In this document: in pieces, positions 58,078 to 64,000 of the stretch
Layout: each line of letters opens with the position of its first letter
Position numbering within the stretch: the stretch's first letter is position 1
NCBI GenBank assembly: GCA_016214075.1
Contig: JACRPI010000013.1
Location: 5,418-69,417 of the forward strand
Source: Candidatus Woesearchaeota archaeon
Lineage (GTDB): Archaea; Nanobdellota; Nanobdellia; Woesearchaeales; DSVV01
Direction of reading: 5' to 3'
Length of the DNA stretch: 64,000 nt
The notes under the pieces: model-generated
What the model saw: the letters and a program-made list of their open reading frames with translations, nothing else
Databases searched by the model: none
Told to the model about the DNA's origin: nothing
Program-made: the position numbers and the translations under genes

Positions 58078-58224
58078 TCACTTCTTGGTTTGAGCATATA
58101 TCGCCATACACTCATCCAAAAATGTTTTCTTTTTCTGACTAAATGTAGCATTCGCTACTTCTTCAAGAAGTCTTTCTGCGTCTTTCCCTTCTAACACAGG
58201 GGTTGGTTCAATTGGTCTTGCCAT
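58078..58224 (-). CDS. Small (48-aa) protein upstream of the GNAT gene, candidate antitoxin, not in the ORF track
   Basis: Translation MARPIEPTPVLEGKDAERLLEEVANATFSQKKKTFLDECMAIYAQTKK. Position and size fit DUF1778/TacA-like partners of GNAT toxins. Confidence 0.35.
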   Translation of the reverse strand: MARPIEPTPVLEGKDAERLLEEVANATFSQKKKTFLDECMAIYAQTKK

Positions 58225-58247
58225 TTTGGATATTAGGAAATCATTAT

Positions 58248-58499
58248 TTATATGTTTTTTGTGGAAATCTGAGGTTTATATTCCATAAATCTCTTTGCAA
58301 CACCCTTATTTATGTTTGCCGCTAATTCGATAGCATCTTTCTCAGTAATCTTGCTTTTTGCAGCAAGTTTTTTCAAGAATTCTATTTGCGAAACTTTTTC
58401 TTCAAACGCTTTTCTTGCGATAGCTGACCAATTAATTTCTTCATGCGCAAGCATTTTGGTTCTTAACTCATCTGGAACTGATACTGATACTGTTGCCAT
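58248..58499 (-). CDS. Ribbon-helix-helix (CopG-like) domain protein
   Basis: N-terminal VSVSVPDELRTKM beta-strand followed by helices, typical of RHH proteins. Confidence 0.4.
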   Translation of the reverse strand: MATVSVSVPDELRTKMLAHEEINWSAIARKAFEEKVSQIEFLKKLAAKSKITEKDAIELAANINKGVAKRFMEYKPQISTKNI

Positions 58500-58691
58500 A
58501 GTCTCACCTTTGTTATTATTGTTATTTTTATTATTAATAACATAGGTAATATTTAAATATTTTGGTGTATGGGACTGCGGTAGTGGTGAAAGAGCAATAA
58601 CCTTTTTTTCTTGGTCAATTTTATAAATTAAGCCTCATTCTACTCGTTTTTATTATATAATCCTTATAATTAATATAAACTGTGAAAAAAA

Positions 58692-59708
58692 ATGAGAATA
58701 GGCGTACCTAAAGAAGTATATCCTCTCGAAAGGAGAGTTATGATGCTTCCTGAAGCGGTAAGATGTTTGACAGAAGCAGGGCATCAGGTTTTTGTTCAGT
58801 CAGAAGCAGGAGTAGGGGTAGGTGTCTTCGATATTGACTATACTCGTGCGGGAGCAGAAGTTATTGCTGATGTAGAAGCGCTGTATGAGATCGCAGATTT
58901 GGTCGTCAAATTAAAAGCGCCTTCAGAGGCAGAATTTTCTTTGATGCACAGAGATCGTATTTTGTTTAGCATGTTTCATAGCGCACAGAATCCAGCCCAT
59001 GTTTATCATGCAGGAAAACAAGGGTTAACAGTAGTAGAGATGGAATCAATTAGGGACACAAAGAAAAGGAGAATGGTCGATCAAACAGATATCACTGGAA
59101 AAGCTGGTGTGTATTATGCACTGCGTCACAGCCTAAAAATACCTGATGAAATGCAAGCAATAGTATTAGGATATGGGAGTGTATCGAGTGGTGCAATAGA
59201 TGCGTGCGCAAAGCTAGGGATGAAAGTAACGATTATCAGGAGAAAAGATTTTCCGTATATTTCTGAGCATCTAAAAGATGCAGATCTGTTGATTAATGGA
59301 ATTAGTTGGCCTCAAGAGTGCAGAGATGAAAAAAGGTATTTAGTAACACGGGAAGACGTCAGAAATGCAGCGCATGGAATGGTCGTTTTAGATCTTTCTG
59401 TAGATTTTCCTAATCCTATTGAAACAGTTCGTCCCACAACATATGCGCAGCCATACTATCTCGATGAAGGTCATGTGCATGTGAGTATTTATGGATATCC
59501 AGGATTAGTGCCAATAACATCAAGTCGTATCTATAGTCAGCAGGTAACACCATTAACATTGTTGATTGCAAATAATGGCGGGCTTGAAGGGATCGAAGAG
59601 CGCGGAGATATAGGAAAAGCTATTCAAAGAGCAATTATTGATCCAACCAAGTTAAGATGGGAAAGATATCGCCAAGAAAGTGTAAGTCCTGGAAGCAGAA
59701 TTGAATAA
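58692..59708 (+). CDS. Alanine dehydrogenase/PNT-family NAD(P)-dependent dehydrogenase
   Basis: N-terminal MRIGVPKEVYPLERRVMMLPEAV...GHQVFVQSEAGVGVGVFDIDY matches the AlaDH/PNT N-domain. GYGSVSSGA Rossmann motif. Confidence 0.6.
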   Translation: MRIGVPKEVYPLERRVMMLPEAVRCLTEAGHQVFVQSEAGVGVGVFDIDYTRAGAEVIADVEALYEIADLVVKLKAPSEAEFSLMHRDRILFSMFHSAQNPAHVYHAGKQGLTVVEMESIRDTKKRRMVDQTDITGKAGVYYALRHSLKIPDEMQAIVLGYGSVSSGAIDACAKLGMKVTIIRRKDFPYISEHLKDADLLINGISWPQECRDEKRYLVTREDVRNAAHGMVVLDLSVDFPNPIETVRPTTYAQPYYLDEGHVHVSIYGYPGLVPITSSRIYSQQVTPLTLLIANNGGLEGIEERGDIGKAIQRAIIDPTKLRWERYRQESVSPGSRIE

Positions 59709-60768
59709 TGCGTTGGTATTTATGGTTCAAAATGTATTGATTCTTGGAAAAGGAGACACAGAATATAGCGATCGTAACATCAAAAGAGTTTATGGTGCAG
59801 CACAACATGCAGGATTCCATGTACAGCGAATGGATTATGAAGAGTTAGAAACAGCAACTCCATTCCAAGGCGAAGCGCTTCATGTTATGTTCTTTTTTCC
59901 TTTTACCTTTTGGAATGCAAACTGTGAAGTACCACAGGATACAAAATTATATGGGACATCCAGAAGATCATATGATCTTTTTCAAAAGTTCTTTCTAGAA
60001 AGAGAGGAAGCATTACTCCAAAAATTTGGACATACGCAGAGAATCAATTATGTGATTGAACCCGCATTTGCAGCGCTGGATAGAGATAAAGTTGCGACAG
60101 TCAACCAACTGCGTTCATTCAATGTTCCAACAAGTGAGGTCATTGCGTCTCGAGATATTTCTGAAATTCTAGAATACATCACTCCTGAGCGCGGAGTTTT
60201 TATCAAGTGCGGATATGGTGCAGAAGGAAAAGGAATCAGTATTCTACAGCACGGAAGATGGAGAACAAATTACAAAGTAGAAGAGGGAAGATTAGATAAC
60301 TATGAAACATATGGAACATGGCAGTTTACAGACATCACAGGAAGAAGAGATTTGCTAGAGCAATTACTTGAGCATGAAGTTATAGTTGAACGTGAGGTTA
60401 TTGTGCCGAAAATATTTCCAAAAGAAAAGTTTGATGTTCGCGCGTATGTAGTCAATGGTCACGTCCCACATTTATTTGCGCGGGTAAATGGAATAGATCG
60501 TGTCGTGACAAATTACTCTCAAGGAGCGCGCGTGTTGCATCATCCTAATACAGGTCTAGATAAAGCATATTTAGAGGGAATTGAAACAGAAGCGAAAAAA
60601 GCAGCAACATCGTTCGCATCGAAATTTCTTGGTGTTGATATTATGTTTGATGGAAATTCAGAAAGGCCGCGAGTTATAGAAGTCCAGACATTTACAGACT
60701 TTCCTGACCCAACAAAATTTAATATGGCAGAGTATTTGGTAAGTAGAGATTGTGGGTTGTTTTGGTAA
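59701..60768 (+). CDS. ATP-grasp-fold protein (RimK/glutathione-synthetase-like), overlapping the upstream AlaDH-family gene
   Basis: Central ATP-grasp-like region GVFIKCGYGAEGKGISIL and C-terminal RVIEVQTF. Confidence 0.45.
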   Translation: MNNALVFMVQNVLILGKGDTEYSDRNIKRVYGAAQHAGFHVQRMDYEELETATPFQGEALHVMFFFPFTFWNANCEVPQDTKLYGTSRRSYDLFQKFFLEREEALLQKFGHTQRINYVIEPAFAALDRDKVATVNQLRSFNVPTSEVIASRDISEILEYITPERGVFIKCGYGAEGKGISILQHGRWRTNYKVEEGRLDNYETYGTWQFTDITGRRDLLEQLLEHEVIVEREVIVPKIFPKEKFDVRAYVVNGHVPHLFARVNGIDRVVTNYSQGARVLHHPNTGLDKAYLEGIETEAKKAATSFASKFLGVDIMFDGNSERPRVIEVQTFTDFPDPTKFNMAEYLVSRDCGLFW

Positions 60769-60781
60769 AATAAGGCAAAAC

Positions 60782-63070
60782 CTACTCCTCATTCCCACTT
60801 CCCGCGCTAACCTCAACCTTCACATCTTCCTCTTTCTTCTTCAGTTTCGGTCTCTCCCCTAATCGTTCAATATATCGACATTTTGGAAACGTCGAACAAC
60901 CCAAAAATGTCCCATACACAGATTTGCGTAAAATAAGTGGTGCTTTACACGTCGGACAATTCTTTGTTGTCTTTCCGCTTTCAATATCATGAATCTCTTT
61001 AGCAGACACTCCTTCATGTTTTGTAGGACAATTCGTGTTCAAACAAAACTGGACAGGTCGTCGCGCTTTCTTAATCACTTGAATAATCGGATGCTTGCAG
61101 ACATCACAGATTTTATCTGTTGGTTTAATCAATGAAGCAGCAGGAATCTTAAATGTTTTTTCACAGTCAGGATATTTGGAGCACGCGATAAATAAGCCAA
61201 ACTTCCCGCGCTTCAGCATAAGTGTCCCTTCATATTTACAATGCGGACATGGACCAATAGTTGAAGCAATTTGCTGCGCTTCACGATTCGCACCAATCAA
61301 CTCTGCGCCAATATGTTTCTCATGTTTCTTAAAGATACCAAGTATTTTCGTCAACACTTCTTTTGCTTCTTCCAACACTTGCGCGGGTTTTTTCTTATGC
61401 TGCTCAATCTCTTCCATTTCTTCTTCAAAATGTCGTGTTAATTGTTGATCAAGAATAGAAGGACAATATTTCTCGAGTGTTTCAACTGTTTGAATTCCTA
61501 ATTTCGTTGCGCCAAGCGTGGTCGGATCAGCGTATCCTCTGTTAAATAACGTTTCAATAATAGACGCGCGCGTTGCTTTTGTTCCAAGATTTTGTTTCTC
61601 AAGCTCTTTAATGATAGACGAGACAGTATATCGTTTTGGAGGCTGCGTCATCATATCATGTTTCACAATCTCCTTGACCTTCACGCTATCGCCTTTAGAG
61701 ACAAGAGGCATTTCTAATTCTTCAAGCTTCACATACGGCACATAAAATTCATGCCAGCCTAATTTAATAGTTCGAGTTCCTTTTGCGACAAAAATTTCTT
61801 TATTGACATCAATGTCCATGGAGTTTGTTTCACGTGTCGCGGGATCTGAAAATGTCGCGAGGAATCGTTTGACAATAAGATCATATAATCGCGCTTTTTG
61901 TCCATCAAGATGCGCTCGTTGGCCAGTCGGATAAATAGCAGGATGCGCGGGATCAGTTTTCTTTCCATTGTTTGGTTTCAAAACCCCTCGTCCAAGTAAT
62001 CGCCCAGCAAGTTCTTTGTATTCTGGATTTTTCTCAAGCGCTTGCAATAATTTCTTATACCCCAGTTGTTCAGGTAATTGTTGAGAGGAAGTACGAGGAT
62101 AAGAAATAAGCCCGCCTAAATACAACTCTTGTGCAATCTCAAGTGTTCTTTTTGGTTGATATTTCAGACATCTATACGATTCTGTTTGCAAAGTAGTCAA
62201 ATCAAACGGAGTAGGAGGAGCTTGTTCAAACTGCCTTTTAGAAATCTCTACAATCACTGCAGGTTTTCCTTTGGTGTGATGCATAATTTGCTCTGCTTTT
62301 TTCTTATCAAAGATACGATCTTCTTTGTGCCATGCGGAAAGCGCGACATCTTTTTTGTGTTCATTTTTGACAGAACCGATGAGTTCAATTTGCCAGAATG
62401 GTTCAGGTTTGAAAGCCATGATTTCCTTTTCTCTATCAACGACAATCTTGAGTGACGGACCTTGAACTCTTCCTGAACTGAGAATCTTAAAACTTCCTGC
62501 GGCTTTCACAGCCAAACTTAACGCTCGACTTAAATTAATCCCATAATACCAATCAAGTTCGTGTCGTGTCAGCCCTGCGTTAGTCTGCCCCCAGTTAATG
62601 GTTTTTTCAGGATGCGTGTACGATTCACGAAGTTCATCAGTCGTCAACGTCGAATATTTCATTCGTTTTGCGTCATGTTCTTTTTTGTTGCAGCAAAATT
62701 TAAGAATGTTAAACCCAATAACGTCTCCTTCAATATCGTAATCTGTCGCGAGAATAAAAGAAGTTGCTTTCTTTGATAATTTTTTTAATGTTTTGACAAA
62801 CGCGGCAGTGTGTTCCGCGCCTTTGTCCACTTCAGATGTTTCTACCCATTTGACATCAAAGACAGGATACGTCCATCCTTTTTTTTCAGATTCAGTAATG
62901 GTATACAAGTGACCTGCCGCTGGCGCGATAACAATATCTTGTTTGCCGTGGGTGAGTTCCCAATACGTGACTTTCCCATCTGTTTTTTTGATGGGCTTGC
63001 CATCTGCTAATGCTTCTGCGATCTTTTTCGCGGCGCTTGGCTTCTCGGTAATGATTAATTGATACGACAT
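60782..63070 (-). CDS. topA: Type IA DNA topoisomerase (TopA-like) with C-terminal zinc ribbons
   Basis: N-terminal TOPRIM LIITEKPSAAKKIA. The catalytic Tyr region is GYADPTTLGATKLGIQ-like. Several C-terminal CxxC...CxxC ribbons are present. Confidence 0.85.
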   Translation of the reverse strand: MSYQLIITEKPSAAKKIAEALADGKPIKKTDGKVTYWELTHGKQDIVIAPAAGHLYTITESEKKGWTYPVFDVKWVETSEVDKGAEHTAAFVKTLKKLSKKATSFILATDYDIEGDVIGFNILKFCCNKKEHDAKRMKYSTLTTDELRESYTHPEKTINWGQTNAGLTRHELDWYYGINLSRALSLAVKAAGSFKILSSGRVQGPSLKIVVDREKEIMAFKPEPFWQIELIGSVKNEHKKDVALSAWHKEDRIFDKKKAEQIMHHTKGKPAVIVEISKRQFEQAPPTPFDLTTLQTESYRCLKYQPKRTLEIAQELYLGGLISYPRTSSQQLPEQLGYKKLLQALEKNPEYKELAGRLLGRGVLKPNNGKKTDPAHPAIYPTGQRAHLDGQKARLYDLIVKRFLATFSDPATRETNSMDIDVNKEIFVAKGTRTIKLGWHEFYVPYVKLEELEMPLVSKGDSVKVKEIVKHDMMTQPPKRYTVSSIIKELEKQNLGTKATRASIIETLFNRGYADPTTLGATKLGIQTVETLEKYCPSILDQQLTRHFEEEMEEIEQHKKKPAQVLEEAKEVLTKILGIFKKHEKHIGAELIGANREAQQIASTIGPCPHCKYEGTLMLKRGKFGLFIACSKYPDCEKTFKIPAASLIKPTDKICDVCKHPIIQVIKKARRPVQFCLNTNCPTKHEGVSAKEIHDIESGKTTKNCPTCKAPLILRKSVYGTFLGCSTFPKCRYIERLGERPKLKKKEEDVKVEVSAGSGNEE

Positions 63071-63172
63071 TGTATTTTGTAGGAAAGTGGGTACTGATAT
63101 AAAAATGTAGGGGTCGAGTGTTTTTTCTTTTTAAAGAAAATATTGAAATGCTGGACGAGAAAAAGCAAGATC

Positions 63173-64000
63173 CTACCACAACAAAACTTGTTCTTTGAAA
63201 TAATTCAGAATTCGAGGTAATTTGTCAATGTTCTTAATGGTCTTCATGTATTTTCTGCGCATCGTTCGCGCGTCTTCCCGCTGCATGCCTGTTGTCGTGA
63301 TATAGGTAATACTTTTGTCAAGAACAGTCCTCTCTTTCTCCACAACTTCGGAAATGCCATACGCGTCAGGGTTCGCGTATACTTTCCCACCTTTCTGTAA
63401 TCCAAAAATACTCGTCGTGACAAGATCAATAACGTTTTGATTCTGTTTAAGGAAAGTGATCGTGTCAAGAAATTCTTCTTTTGTTTCTGTTGGAAATCCA
63501 AACATAATATAGGTCGCGTTTCGAATCCCCGCGTCGTGGCTTTTTTGAAGAACGTTTGCCGCAATCTCCACATGTGTTCCTTTTTTCATAAGATCGAGAA
63601 TACGTTGATTGCCGGATTCAACCCCCCAGGAGACAGTATGCAAACCAGACGCGTATAACTCAGGAAATACTTCGAGAAGATCTTTTGTCGGACGAAGTTG
63701 ACACCACCATTTTACCCCAAGCGGCTTGAGCATTGCCGCAAGTTCGAGCAATCTATTTTTCGCGATCATGTCATCGACGAAAAAAATATACTTCGCGCCG
63801 CTCTGAACAATAGTTTTGCGAATGTTATCCACATTATACTCTAAGTAAGGAACATCAGCGAAATGCGTGCAGAACGTGCATTGTTTGTAAAAACAAGTAC
63901 TGCAGGTTTTGATGGGAACCATTTTTTCCAGCAAGAAATATTCTTCAAGAAGATAATCAGAAAAATCAGGAATAGTGTCGCAATGATACGGATGTTCATT
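63173..64000 (-). CDS. Radical SAM-like protein, partial (N-terminus beyond the window end)
   Basis: Cys cluster CSTCFYKQCTFC followed by a core resembling radical-SAM/B12-binding-type enzymes (GVESGNQRILDLMKKGT). The frame is open to position 64000. Confidence 0.5.
   Translation of the reverse strand, partial: NEHPYHCDTIPDFSDYLLEEYFLLEKMVPIKTCSTCFYKQCTFCTHFADVPYLEYNVDNIRKTIVQSGAKYIFFVDDMIAKNRLLELAAMLKPLGVKWWCQLRPTKDLLEVFPELYASGLHTVSWGVESGNQRILDLMKKGTHVEIAANVLQKSHDAGIRNATYIMFGFPTETKEEFLDTITFLKQNQNVIDLVTTSIFGLQKGGKVYANPDAYGISEVVEKERTVLDKSITYITTTGMQREDARTMRRKYMKTIKNIDKLPRILNYFKEQVLLW

Noticed and set aside
1-64000. Possibility that the contig is bacterial (because of sigma-54 DBD, VanX, M23, CheR)
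   Set aside because: Core informational genes are unambiguously archaeal (TFE, RpoP, eL43, aMBF1, archaeal-type GluRS, class III signal peptide, BHB tRNA intron). The bacterial-type genes are interpreted as horizontal acquisitions.

Overview
This 64 kb window looks like a compact, moderately AT-rich archaeal chromosome segment, most plausibly from a small-genome DPANN-type archaeon. Archaeal hallmarks: ribosomal protein L37ae (eL43) directly followed by RpoP, a Pcc1-like protein, prefoldin beta and UPF0147; archaeal-type GluRS; TFE; aMBF1; FtsZ; a class-III (archaeal type-IV-pilin) signal-peptide protein. Housekeeping content: NSUN RNA m5C methyltransferase, TruD, DEAD-box helicase with RGG tail, purB/purC/purD-like, argG/argH, UppP, type IA topoisomerase, two tRNAs (tRNA-Pro(UGG), and a ~113-nt intron-containing tRNA of uncertain identity). 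Accessory content: three putative toxin-antitoxin pairs (VapBC, RelE-like, GNAT-like plus small upstream ORF), two Fic paralogs, an Nramp transporter with an adjacent soluble MgtE-N/CBS protein, and orphan CheR-like and CheY-like proteins. Features that stand out: (1) a protein whose C-terminal half matches the bacterial sigma-54 DNA-binding domain, including a near-perfect RpoN box (ARRTVAKYR), inside a cluster of secreted proteins; (2) an exported murein-hydrolase-like module (Tat-signal VanX-like D-Ala-D-Ala dipeptidase, M23 peptidase, metzincin) in an archaeon; (3) a family of at least five conserved intergenic elements sharing an AACACGCAC(C) box and a TATA-like TTTATT; two of the five carry a 20-bp perfect palindrome; (4) recurring TTTCGGATA inverted-repeat motifs upstream of gltX, a Fic gene and another gene; (5) a diverged, CCA-bearing partial duplicate of the tRNA-Pro 3' end. 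No CRISPR array, rRNA or obvious transposase was seen. All calls come from reading motifs in the translations and DNA by eye; nothing was searched or computed.
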